This document shows positions 38,199 to 51,124 of a DNA stretch of 64,000 nucleotides, one piece after another. This stretch comes from Asterias rubens (Eukaryota): positions 1,674,001 through 1,738,000 of the forward strand of contig NC_047079.1 in the NCBI RefSeq assembly GCF_902459465.1. The letters run 5' to 3'. The position numbers and the translations under genes are program-made. Within the stretch, counting starts at the first letter, position 1. Every line of letters starts with the position of its first letter. The notes under the pieces were generated by a model. That model was not told the DNA's origin. It saw only the letters and a list, made by a program, of their open reading frames with translations, and made no database searches.

Positions 38199-40881
38199 AC
38201 CTTTTCAGTGACTGTGCAACTGCCAGGTTACTCGCCGTTTTACTCGTCTGCATACATATGTACATGTATGTTTTCACTGATCCATGATTCTTATAAAACA
38301 GGTATACATTTTATATACTAGTTGCAAATTTTTACTTGAGCATTTCAAAGGAACTGAGGTAAATGAGGGCAATTGTATAATACTGGAATAGTCTTAAGGG
38401 CACTCAAGGCAATTTCCACGGGCACGGAGGTAATTTCCTCCTTTTTCTTCATGATCAGTTTACCAGCACAGTCCAACAGAATCAAACAAATTATGCTGTT
38501 GGATTTTGATGGGTTTGGGACAGTGAGGGTTTACCGTCTGAATTGATTAAACCTAAAGCCAGAATCAAACCTCATTTCATTAGACATTTTAGTCCGGAGT
38601 CTAGACTGGCGTTTGAGTCATGCATCGATTCGGTTATACCAACCGAATAGCAAAAGTATTCAGTACTTTTCTAGGCCCCCTTCGCATGGAGCAATAATGG
38701 CGATGGCCCCTTGCAATGCATGTGTCATACAAATTACCTAACAATCCTTCTAGGTTGGAATCACAAGATGATTGTGCATGTAAATGGTTTGGGGTTTACT
38801 TTTGGCAATTGTCAAAGCTCAGTATCCTCTCACTTACATGTATTGGATCCCAACATACATAAAATAACACAATTTTTGCTCAATTGGTCATCAAAGTTGC
38901 AAGAAAGTAACAAAAGAAAAAAGAAAAACCCATTGTTACACAGATCTGTGTGCTCTCAAATGCCTTTACTAAAGACAGGACCACTGAATTACATGTACAG
39001 TACATGAATAACATATAATTTTAAAATGCGTACATGTACAAACTGTCTGTATGGTGTTTTTTATATAAAAAACGTTGTATTATTAGAATGGGAATCAAAA
39101 CAGTGAATAACTTTGTTTTTCCAAAACAAACAGTGATGTACTTCCCCTTTAAAGAATGCTTTTAAAACGTTTTAAACAGTACCTTTATCTGTAAAATGAA
39201 ATGGCTGTATGTTGACTGCTGCTACCACAAAATATCTGCGTCCGTACTAGATAGCACTTTGACAAATCTTTATCTAAGAAGAAACCAGCCAAAACTTCCA
39301 TCTACATTGCAAATTAATTCACAGAGAAATGTCATTTTCTGTCATAAAATCTTGATTAAATTGGCTCCCCAGAAACCTCTTTCTGAAAGTGCAGCTACCT
39401 ACATGTGATGTTCTGCTCAAATATCTTCATTGGGTTTTCAATCAAGTTAATGCTCATCCCAAATGAAATAAATATACCCTGATTAGGACAGAGAAGCTCC
39501 AGTGGGGGTAGTTTGTTGGTTATTTCAGGTCATTTTGGGCAGCTTTCTCATTCATTGTCGTCAAGCCTTTTTTTATGAGTCACGACAGCCATTAAGATAT
39601 ATCCATCTATCTCATTTAGCCTTCATAAAGATAAAACTATCCGTCTTATTATTGCGTTGCCTGATTAGTGTAAGTGGTTGTTCACCGGTTTCATTGCGTT
39701 AACGAGCATACCAGTGGTGAGTCGTTAGAGTTGTCCTTTTTTCTGTTTTTTTCCCCCTTGTGTGTTTAATTAAAACGTGACCTATTGTACTTTGCAGACT
39801 TGTTGAAAGTTGTACACAATTTTCCCTTGAAGACAAATTTACATGCGAATAGACCTCTTGCATGTGACGTCACACTCTCAAGAACTGCCTCACTGAGGTC
39901 AAAAAGCACCCTCACTGGGGTCATAGGATTGGACGATGGCTGTTCTTTGTGCGTAGAAACGTGTGCGTGAGCATTTCGCGTTATGCAAGGGGTCTAGGTC
40001 ACCTGATGTCATCAACTCAATAATCTTGGTTGCACCATTTTTGGAGTCAATGTCCTTGTGTGTTATTATACAAGGAAGTGGACATTTTGCATGACACAGT
40101 GTTTTCATGCTTAGCGTAATTTGTATGTGCAATTTGACTCTCAAAATAGCAAGCATGGCAGACAATATACCCGGAGCTTGAAATTTACACTTGGCCGAAG
40201 GGCCGAGGCCAGTAACTTTAGCTTTGGGCCAGTAAACTTATGAAACTTCATGTTGAATGTTTGAATGATACACTTCAGATAATAGGCAAATCTTCCTCTT
40301 ATTTAATAATAATAATAATAATAATATCAAAGTCTTATATAGCGCACGTATCTACCGACAAGGTACTCAAGGCGCTTAGTAAATACATTTATACAGAAAG
40401 AGAGGTTATTGAAAGTTATGAATTCTGAGACCCAATTATGTAGCACTTTATAAGGGTTTATAAGGTGCTACGGTCATTTAGCAGCCGCAGCCAGGAACAC
40501 CGAGGCAAACCCGTTGTAGATAAGTGCACTGGGTTCTTATACATGCGTTACACAACACATGGGACCAAGGGGGGGGGGGGTTAAAGGAAGAGTATTCACT
40601 TCTATATGTTTCTCTTTAAAAGGAAAGAACAACACACCAGTGTATTTGTTTCTCCTAGATTCGGTGCTCAGTGTTATGATTCGTAACAAAAATAACTTTT
40701 GCTTGTCATTCAAACAAACATGCAGGCAGTAGAGATGCATATTTTCATATATTTTATGCCGCTAAGGAACCGAGTTGGTTTATGGATATCGACCATTTGA
40801 ATGATTTAATTTTCTTTGGATGAAGTGTTTGGTCTGACAAGAACTGGGTTTGAGATACTGTATAGCAGGGTTTGCCCATAA

Positions 40882-41020
40882 CTAGGCAGTGTCTGAAACA
40901 GCAATTATGGCTACAGCTGTAGCTAGATCAGCAGCACGTCTGTCAGTGTTGAAGAGTAGGCAGAGGCGTGCGATTTAGCCGTAGCTGTAGCTCAAGTCGC
41001 TGTTTGGGACACTGCCCTAG
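40882..41020. mobile_element. Short palindromic MITE (CTAGGGCAGTGTC TIR)
   Basis: CTAGGCAGTGTC..AAACAGC / GCTGTTT..GACACTGCCCTAG with inner GCTACAGCT/AGCTGTAGC arms. Confidence 0.7.
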
Positions 41021-41338
41021 TCAGTTGGACCAGTTTCCTTGCCATTTCACTAGTCCAGCAGCCTTTTCACTAGTTTGTATTTTGTATTAAATAGGGGTGC
41101 TTTTCAAAACTGAAGCAGCAAGTTGATCCACATAATCAGGGCTTAATTTTGACTGGTCGTCAGGTACATACAGTAGTATCTTAAAACTACATGTAACATT
41201 TGGCCAGCAGACCACTGCTTAGGGAAAGCGCTGGTATGGACCCTTCTCACTAACTTTACATTTCTGTCACACAGTGGGAGATCTGCCATGGTGAAGAAGT
41301 ACATGTATGCAGTATGTAGGATCAAAGCTTAGTGCCAT

Positions 41339-41848
41339 TATACAATTGTTGCACGCTGTGACGGGATCCATGGCGTTTTGTACACCCGAGGGGGAAAATG
41401 GCACCCGAGGCGAAGCCGAGGGTGCCATTTGCCACTGAGGGTGAACAAAACCCATGGACCCCAGTCACAGCGTGCAACAATTGTTTTGTTATACCTTGGT
41501 AATATTTTTATTCCTCTTCTCGAAGTTCTGTTGTCATCTTCAAACATTATTAAGATGGAGCAATGCATAGTTCAATCATGGTTTAACAAGCAGACGGATG
41601 GTTCAAACAAGAAACAATTCTTCATCTGTTGATCGAACCCGCGTGTGTTTTGCACAGCGCTTGAAATCGACCAACGACGGGAACGATCAAGGTGATGTAC
41701 ACCGGGTGTACATCACTTTTCATGTTACCCGGCGCGCTGTGCGTTACGCGTAGTGGTATCATTAGCCATGATGCGTATTTGTTGCACGGCACGTGATAGG
41801 TTCTCGACCAATCAAACTTCACAATTTGCACAGAGGTACATGTATAAC
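41339..41848 (+). mobile_element. Non-autonomous hairpin-terminal element, second family with the same layout as family D
   Basis: ~155 bp left foldback centred on CCCGA-GGC-GAA-GCC-GAGGG; internal GTTATACCT (41488) inverse to the right end AGGTA(catgta)TAAC; subterminal ACGTGATN4TCTCGACCAATCA. Confidence 0.72.
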
Positions 41849-42302
41849 AACCAGTGTTGTGCAACCGACCTAAATGCTTTTTTCATGTGTACTTCTTATG
41901 GCTGGTTCCATGTTTATTTTTCTTTAGTAGGAATTGTTTAAGCAATAGGAGAGCAGCTATATAGCTTTATTTGATTCATAGAGCAGCTATATAGCTTTAT
42001 TTGATTCATTTGAAATTTAAAACTAACTTGATGATCACTACCAACTGGCCCATGGGCCTAATTTCATAGAGCTAAATATATTCATAGAGCTAAATATTGC
42101 TTGATAATTGTCTGCTAAGCAGAAATGATGAGTACACCAGTCACAGATTGTACACGTGGAAGGATTGATAACAATGATAGTTTGGCTGGTAACGTTATTC
42201 TGGTAAGCATAGTGTGCTGTGTAGCTTGTTTATGCTAAGCTCTATGAAATTGAGCCCTGGAACTTTCTTTAAAAGTGTTGTCTCTTTTATTTCCGGCTAC
42301 AG

Positions 42303-42449
42303 GTGACCCTAATGGCCCACGCCCTGAAGCGAATCTCCTACGCAACCTGCGATCCAGAGTTTTGCCAGTTTGCCTTTCTCTCTCGAAACCCTAGAGGGCC
42401 TGTTGGGGTGCAGTACTGCCACGTATTTATCACAAGGGAACAGCACGAG
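42303..42449 (+). CDS. SH2D5: SH2D5-like exon 4 (VTLMAHALKRISYATCDPEFCQFAFLSRNPRGPVGVQYCHVFITREQHE)
   Basis: ctacag| acceptor, GAG|gtttgt donor, 147 nt, phase 0-0. The LMAHAL-R-I-Y-T...CQFAF--RNP...CH-F pattern closely matches my recollection of the SH2D5 PTB domain. Confidence 0.92.
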
Positions 42450-43811
42450 GTTTGTATTCACTGATTATTTATTCTTTGAATTATTTGTTTGATGGGAGAC
42501 TCATTGGTTGTGTGATTTGCGTACAAGTTGTTTTTACAGTGAGCAGCAGTTTGGGGGCATTGCTCATTTTGTGTGTCATGAAGATTCTTGTGTGTTACGC
42601 GGTGCCCACATGAAGATTCTTGTGTGTTATGCGGTGCCCACAGGGGCACTGTTGTTTGACTGAATGGTGGGTTGGACTTACATGTACCAGGTCGGTCTAT
42701 TAGTGCGTGTGGAGCATCGCATGTGTATGAAGGTCTCAGATCCAACTTCCCTAAAGCTGGTAATCGCAAATAGTCACAGTTACTATCTTTCTATAAGTCA
42801 CCAGCCAAAGTTCGATATCGACTGCATTGTTGTGACTGGTACCCTGTTATTGTTTTGTTTTAGCAAGTAATCTCCCTGAGCAGTATAGTGTGGTTATCGG
42901 CTTTTAAAAAATGCCCCCTGATAGATCTTGCTAAGCAGCAACAGGTCACCAGCCAAAGTTCTATATCGACCGTATTGTTGTGACTGTTACCCTGTAATTA
43001 TTTTGTCTTAGCAAGTAAACTTGCTGGGCAGTATGGCTTTTTGTAATGTGGCCTTCTGCATTAACCCTGCACAGAATGAGTAATTTCCCCCATTGGTTCA
43101 CATTCGTCCTGTGTAGACTCTGCAGACAACAAACCTGTCTATGAGTTGGTTATGGGATGGCTGGTTGGTGATGACGCAATTAGTCCCATCTTATGCAACA
43201 CACCAATTAATGCTAACCTTACTTATGAGTTTTTCTCACCGTCCATCCGCATGTGATGAATTGTTTGGACTTTTTCCCAACTTCAAGATTATTTCTCACA
43301 GATCTCATTTGCCATTGAACTTTTGTGAAGAAAATGCTGTAGAGATTCAAGGCACAGTATTGTCCCTACTAAGTTTGTGTTTCTGATTGTTTGGTCCTTG
43401 AGAAAACATATTTTAACACCATAAACATAATTAAAATGACTCGGTTGAGTCTAGAACAGTGTGGACTTGCACAGAGGCCAACTGTTGCCCTTTCCTTGGC
43501 CCTGTCGCCCCTACAAGAGTTTCCAATTGAAAATGTCATTTGCTCAAAAAAATAAATATATACCCTGCTCTCTAACAAAGGTCAGAATCATGATTTAGAA
43601 ATATTCTCGGGAAAAATATCAGATTGCCTTAAAAGATTTTGCATGAGCATCTATAGATTTTCAGAGACCAGGAGATTTTGTAAATACATGCACTCCCAAA
43701 ATCCGCCCTAAATTGTAAATTTCCATCGCGCAAAATGTGTGTCTCTTGTCATCAGACTGAGATAGGCACTTGTATCAGGGTCATGTCCAGGTCCCTGGCA
43801 CTTGTATAACA

Positions 43812-44190
43812 TAAAGCCACTGGGCACCTTTAATCGTCAAAGACAAGTATTCTCACTTGGTGATACCCCAACTATGCATAAAATAACAAATATTTGAAAA
43901 TTTTGACATAGGTCATCAAACTTGCAGGAGAATTACTGAAAGAAAAAATACCCTTTTGCCTTGTTGCACAATAATTTGTGCGGTTTCTGATGCCTAAAAA
44001 TGCTTCATGCCTGAATTGCCATTTAATATTTGAGTGAGAAATAACCCCTTTCTACATTACTTCAGAGGAAGCCGTTTCTTACAATGTTTGATAAATTATA
44101 CTTTCAATAGCCCTGCATTGCTCTATTACCAAGTAAGTTTTTACGCTAACCATTATTTTGAGTTATTACCAATAATGTCCAGTGCCTTTA
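43812..44190. mobile_element. MITE family A inserted into one copy of a short tandem duplication
   Basis: Shared body and termini; AGGGTCATGTCCAGGTCC occurs both before (~43777) and directly after (~44191). Confidence 0.75.
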
Positions 44191-46342
44191 AGGGTCATGT
44201 CCAGGTCCTGTTATGTCATGGAGGCTAATGCACAAGGCATCCCCATGTAGTTATGATTCACTTCCCTCTACTCCTACCCCATCTTGGCTAGAAGACATTG
44301 TGTGCATTAAAGCCCCCCCCCCTGATTCATGTTCTATGTCGATGTGATTAATTTAAGCTGAAATGAAACAGCTGATGTCTTGAACAATAAATCCCTTTAA
44401 GAATATTTAAAATGAAATACAGGGAAATTGCATTGGAATCATTTGTACAAAAAGAATCTTCCTCTACTGGGAAAGTAATGTGCTTACATGTATACAGTTC
44501 ATGTCCGGCTGGATGCTCATGGTGTTTTAGAGACATGCAACTTTTCCTTGGATCAGCTGATTTCCTCTTTTTTTATTTTCAGTTTTACCATTCAAAATTG
44601 AAAAATACTACACAAAATCATTGACATTTTGTAATTTCCTCTTATTTTGTAAAGTTACAAGTTGCATGCCAATGCCTGTATATAAACATTGTTCCTGCAT
44701 ATATGAAGTGCTCATTGCTGTATTCCAATCAAAATTCACCCTATTAGACTAGGCAGTTTCCAGTGATTGACCTGCAGGAGAATCAAAAGGTTGTGGGTTC
44801 AAATCCTACCAAGCTTACTGCTGAATTCACAATGCCTAGAATAAGTATTGTCGACTAGTTTCTGAATCAAAATTTCTTGATTTGTCCAACTCGTAATCAA
44901 ACAAATGTTTGTATGAGAGAGATTGGCTGTTGCTAGCTTGGTGTTTATGTCCTCTTGTGGGAGTTTGCTGAGTTCCCTTGACATAAAGATCTTTAAGATC
45001 TTATGTTTTAGCAGCATGCACTGCAACGATGTAATAGATGGGGATAAAGAGTATTTAACTTTGTTTTTCCCTAATGCAAATGTGTTTTAAGTAAGCCGGG
45101 GCGACTAGTGCGACTGTTGATTGCTTAGTCGAGTCGCGTCTAACGTTTTTCAACTATTCGGTTAATCGTGCCATCCACGACTACAGCAAAAGTATTCCCG
45201 ACTTCAACAAAAATAGTTGCGACTACCTATTTGGTGAACCAATTCTGTTGTTCTCTCGACTTTTCACAACAACATAATGACACAATCCTTCAATCCTTTC
45301 AGCGCCTGCTGCAAACATGTCAAATTGCATTTTGGGAATAAGAAATTAGTCGCGACTACTGTCAAAGTCTGACTATTTGAGGCATGACTTTTCGAGTAGT
45401 AAATTTCACTATTTGCCCAGGCCTAGTATTGAGTACTGTATACTCAAGTACATTCCCAAGTTATCTTCTTGTGTACAGCATGACACATCATCAATCTCTT
45501 CAGTCACAAGAATTAAATGCAGGAATTATATGCAGGAATGCAGGAATGGCACAATTAAGGACTTCTGCTATTGCGAGTACAATTGAAGACAATCAGGCAA
45601 GATGGGTGCGGAGTCAATTACTTCCACTAACACATGACCTTAGGCTACCTTTCTGATTCAGATAAAAACCTCAAACCTTGTAGCACTGACTGCTTCTCGC
45701 TGTTGCGAATGTTATCATCCCCTGGCCGTGAAAAATCGCTAGTGACTCTGCCCCGGGCGTAACTAATCACCACTGACGGAACTGCATTTGCATGAGGGCA
45801 TTACGATACATTGGGCGATTATTTTTTATGCATTAAATATGACTGTAGTACAAGTGTAGCTCTGTGAATAGGATTTGTCTTGCAAAAGTGCATTTCATTT
45901 TGTCGATTGTCAAAGGCGGACTAAGTAGCAATTTGATGATGTTTAGTAGAATTGCAGAGATAGAGTTATCTAGGAACAAACCTATTCCAGCTTTAGTGCA
46001 TCGACATGTATGTTTCTTTTTTTCAAACACATGTTTTGTTTGTTTTCGTACGTATTTCTTATGTTATTTATTTTCTCTTCAAATCAAATGGGGAAAAAGC
46101 ACTGTATTAAAACAACACTTAAAAGGTAGGGCCAAGAATTTGTGTGGTTAATGTAGTGTTGATTTGTAGGCCAATGATAAAGAAAGACACAATATACATG
46201 TACATTGTAGGTCACCTGGGAAGATTTCAGCTGAATACAGTGTCTACTTGTTTAGAAAACAGGAAAAAGCGTAACAGTATTTACATTGAAAACAAGGAGT
46301 ACATCCAATGTTTACTGAGCTGACAGCGCGTATCAACCGCAT

Positions 46343-46632
46343 CTCTGAAAATTTGAATCGCTAAAGTGACATAGATTTCGAGAAAGAAGTAATTTTCCAC
46401 GAATTTGATTTCGAGACCTCAGATTTAGAATTTGAGGTCTTGAAAGCAAGCTTCTGAAAGCACACATCTTCGTGTGACAAGGGTGTTTTTTCTTTCATTA
46501 ATATCTTGCAACTTCGGCGACTGATTGAGCTCAATTTTTGAGCTCAATTTTTTACAGGGTTATTGTTGTATGCATATGTTGAGATACACCAAGTGAGAAG
46601 TGTGGTCTTTGACAATTACCAATAGTGTCTTT
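46343..46632. mobile_element. MITE family A, truncated on one side
   Basis: Body and right end TTGACAATTACCAATAGTGTC match family A. Confidence 0.75.
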
Positions 46633-48643
46633 AATGTAATATTGTGCGATTCACAAACAATAAATTGTGATTCAGTAACGAGTCACCAATACTTTTTAAA
46701 GTCATTGTGAAATCAGCAGTTAGCTTGACTGGATTTGAACTCAAATCCTTGGGATTGCAAGTCATGCAGTCAAAACAATGAAACTCTTAAATTACAAAAT
46801 ATTTGCTTTATTTTTGTTTTGTGTGTCAGCTGTGTTTGGCACATACATAATGTATTATCCTGTAATCTCGAACTTGTGCATGGTGAGAACCTAGAGTATG
46901 CAGATCACAAGATCTCTTATCTTTTTCATGAAATAGGTTCATTGCTTACACATTTTTGTGTGCTTTAGGAAAACAAATATTTTCTTACAAATATTAACAG
47001 TGGTTTAAAAATCAGACCCAAGTCTAGCAAAATATTCCTCAAGACAAAGATTCATCAGTTTTCTAAGAAATCAATCTTTACCTTGACTTTAAGATAGTTA
47101 ACAGTTTCATTTGGCCAGGCAAACCTTTTCAACCAAAATTGCGTATCATACATGACTTGCAGCGCTGAAACATAATCAATATCTAAAATTGATGCGGCCT
47201 ACTGGGAATATTGATAGTGAATTCTTCGCAAAGAATTTCACACGAAGCCTAGAGCCTGAGTTTCCCTGGTGTTGTGAAATCGTTCTCTCGCTCCAATTGC
47301 CCCATTACCATTTAAAAACCACTAATCTTATTGTCAAGGTTTAATTCTTGAGTTCTGTTCAACTGGCAACTTTCTGGCCCCTGGATATGAGACATCTTCA
47401 GTATTAAAGGGAAGGTATGGATGCACACCTACATTGACGGTTGGTAATCACTCTTTAAGTTGATATAAAAACATACTTGGTTAGAAGTGCAGCAGCTTTG
47501 GATAGTACAAAGCTTTTTAAGAATCATTTTACTTTGAAGTAGTATGGTTACGGAACAAATACATCGAGTTTTATCCCCAAGATATTTGAGTCGGAGACGT
47601 TTCCGGCAGACAGTTCCTCAGATTGTGTATCCTTATGACTGATTATTCTTCATGTGTAAACATAACTGCCTCGGATTTTGGCAAACTCTTGAAAGTAGTG
47701 AGTAGACAGTGCTTACACACATCGGTGTATGGGTAAAACCAAATAACATTATTCAAATATTTTCAGAACTAAAAGAACAAAAATTGGGAGGTGGAATAAA
47801 TAAAAATAAAACAAATTGAATTGAACTCTATATAAAATAAATTGTGCATTTAGTTGTTTGCGACATTCACTTCTTGCCAGTTTGCCATACAGTGCAGGAG
47901 CATCTCTTTAAAGGGTTTTTAAACCTTATGCAGAGCAAGTTTTTTTGGCAATGACATGAATCTCTACTCGTTGTATGAAGATGTTTGTAATCTAATTTAC
48001 CTGTCAAAGTTTCAGCCTCATTTGTCGTCAAGTACTTGAGAAAAAAAAGGGAAAATCTCAGAGCAATGTTTTTAGGAGAGTCGCGCAAGTCAATTGAACA
48101 TGCTAAAATAATTTTTGTGAAATTATTTTACTCATTATTTTCTCAAAGACTACAGCAGCTCAGCAAGTAATATTTAAAGGGGAGCTTTCTACCATCATTA
48201 TCTTTAGACCAAGTTTCATGTAAATCTGTGGACATTTGTGTTTTGTGTCAAACCAAAAACTACCCAAACCCTTTAAGGTTACTAATGGTGTTTTGGAGGC
48301 GTAGTGTCCCGATTCAATCCAATCTACTGTTGCAAGTCCCTTGGAGATAGCAGACACCTGCTAGTAATGGAGACCTTACAAGCACACTGAAATTGATTCC
48401 TAACAACTTGAGGGCTTTTAGGTAATGGTGAAAATCACAGGTAGAATGGCTGGTTACTCTTTCTTCACCTTTAGAGACCATTCAGTTCTGTATTGAATCA
48501 TCACAGTTCGCCCTGAATGGCTAATATTGTTGTCTTTCTGACAACATTTCTGTCAGTAAAACATAAGAGAAAATAAAATTTAGCTGTTGCAAACAACTTT
48601 ATAACCAAATGGACAGATGGTATAAATGCAAAAAATAGTTAAT

Positions 48644-48684
48644 GGCCTGACGTTTCAACCCTAGCAGAGTCTTTCTCGAAGGCT
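48644..48684 (-). ncRNA. Variant hammerhead-like motif in a Penelope-like terminal repeat fragment
   Basis: Minus strand reads GCCT TCGAGAA A GACTC TGCTA GGGTT GAAACGTC AGGC: 4-bp stem I, stem II, GAAACGTC, and a U3-A8 type variant core. Confidence 0.45.
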
Positions 48685-49979
48685 GATATTTTTCTTGTCA
48701 TGTTGTCTTCAAAACACGTTTTTGATTGGAATATAGATACATGTATGACATGATTGAGTGGTAAAGTGGGGTGTAGTTTTGGAGACATACTTTATAAAAC
48801 AACCTTAAATCAAATCTCTTTCTAATAATACATTTTAAAAACTATATATGACAGACTTTTTTATTTTTCCTAAAATCGTATTACATGTAAATTGGCGCCT
48901 GAGACTGAATTTCATAGAGATGTTGGAGCAGTACATATTGCTGAATAATCTGCCTTTTTGACAGGTTACACACATGTAACAGAAAAGAGAAACTTGCCAA
49001 CTGAGCTGACCTATCAAGCCCTAGTATTGACAGTCACCCTTCTTTGTCACTTTCTCTTGTGGTTTATTACTTGACAAATAAATAACTGAATTAAACAGAC
49101 GCAGAAGCTAGCATTTGTTTGTTTGTTTTTTATTTCCAAATTTTACTATAAATGTTAGGCCGATACACACGAATAGCGGCTGATACGTAGAAGAATAACA
49201 CGTAATACAAAACAAACAAATCACCTTTGATTTGACTTTTTTAGAAGATTTTTTGAAATTTCAAATTCACAGAAATCATCAAATAAAACCAATTCAAACA
49301 GTTCAGATTTCATCAGTGAAGTTTCTGAAACCAAACGTTAACATCAATTAAAACATTTCCAGAAACTTCATTCATCATGTACATTATACAATGTACATGT
49401 ACATGTAATTCATCGTAAATCAACCAAACTGGCCAAGTTAGGGTCCAGAATGCCCTCTAGTTTAAAAAAGTAAACATAAAATCAAATCATTGGAGCACAT
49501 TGAACATTACCATGACATGTCAAAACATTAAAAAGGACATTTTCAGTTCTATCAAAGTCAAAATCACTTTATTTCTTGAACCTTTCAAAACACCGCGATT
49601 GCCATTCAGCCAAGCGATAGAATTCTTCAGTCATATGTCAAACCAAACATTTTACACCCATAAAATATATTGTCCTTTCCGAGTGAACTGTAATTGGGCA
49701 TCCCCCTGTAACTTTGATTTAATATAAAGCCGGAATGAGTTTAGTTGCTATGGGGATGCAATGCCATAGCAACAATTTGAGATTGTAGGTAGGCTCGGGG
49801 AGGGTTGGGTCTGTGGAGGAGACGGAGACAGCCATGCATTTTTTATTTTTTCAATCCCTTGTTCCATTTCTACCCCGAGAAAGGTTGGATAAACATGAAT
49901 TTTTTATGTCACTGCCATCTTCTTGAAAATTCCCACTGCAGTGATGGCTGCTTTGGAAAGGAGGAACTAGTGAATAAAA

Positions 49980-50316
49980 AATGGTTAGCATCAAAACTTA
50001 CCTGGTAATGAGCAATCGAAAGCTGTTGAAAACATTGTAAGAAACGGCTCCCTCTGAAGTAACAAAGTAACATAGTTTTTGTGAAAGAGATAATTTCTCA
50101 CACAAATATTAAAAGACTTCAGGCCTGAAGCCTTTTATTAGGCATCTAAACCCACACAATTGTGCAACAATGGTGTGTTTCTTCCATTATTCTCTTGCAA
50201 CTTTGATGACCAATTGAGTCCAAGTTTTCACAGATTTGTTATTTTATGCATATGTTGGCATACACAAAGTGAGAATTCTGGTCTTTGACAATTACCAAAG
50301 TTGTTCAGTGCCTTTA
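49980..50316. mobile_element. MITE family A
   Basis: Body match and CAGTGCCTTTA right end. Confidence 0.75.
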
Positions 50317-50899
50317 CAGGAAACAGGAAGATGCAGAGTCCGTTTGCTACCTTGTCATTCATTAGGACAAAAAAACAAAACTCTTATCTTGGTAAATAAG
50401 ATAAGATACAATTTGTTTTGATCATTAGTAAGTCATTAGTAATGACAAAGTGTCAGCCGACTTCAGCATGTTTCCCTGTGTTCTTTTTTGTGGCTGTTTT
50501 GGTGTTGAATTTTGCTTAGTGGGGGAGTTTGCAAAGCAATTTTTCTGCTGAGCAGGTTGGTAAACTTGTGGCGTCGGGAATACAGAAACTATGCGACTTA
50601 AAGTTCAACCTTACAGTAACTTACATGTACTTACGGTGGTATGGAGAAATAATAACTGTAGGTTTGACTTGATTAGTCATTGGGATCTTCCTTCTTTTTG
50701 GCCAAAGTTTGTTTATAAGTTTTGAGTAATTGTGTGCATATTTGAAGCACAGTTGTTAGGTCTTGAAGTGAAAAAAAAAAAAAAAAGTTTGACCGGTTGA
50801 CAATTGTCACCAAATTGTGTACTTACGTATTTCTTTGAACCACATTGCTGTTGATAAATTTTTCATATTTGTACAAATTTCTTGTTTCTTGTCCTGCAG

Positions 50900-51124
50900 G
50901 CAGAGGAGATAAATGCCATTGTGGGTAAGGCGTTTAAAGTTGCCTACGCTAGCCTCCGCAGTAAGAAACAATTCTTTGAGCTAATGGAGGAGCTGAACCG
51001 TGAACAGGAAGAATACTTCGCTCAGATCACGCGGCAGCAGAACACAGCAGCGGTTGTTGAAGACTGGATGGATGGTGACATCAACAGGGAAAGAGTGCTC
51101 TCTGTTGGCCAAGGACGAGTCTGG
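50900..51124 (+). CDS. SH2D5: SH2D5-like exon 5, PTB C-terminal helix and linker (AEEINAIVGKAFKVAY...GQGRVW)
   Basis: cctgcag| acceptor; AFxVAY is the PTB terminal helix; TGG|gtaggt donor in phase 0; inside ORF 50882..51142. The exact donor is less certain because its 3' part is duplicated downstream. Confidence 0.85.

Noticed and set aside
33639-42640. Short 17-32 bp direct duplications (33639, 41950, 42065, 42577; also ~22100)
   Set aside because: Ordinary slippage-type duplications with no further structure.
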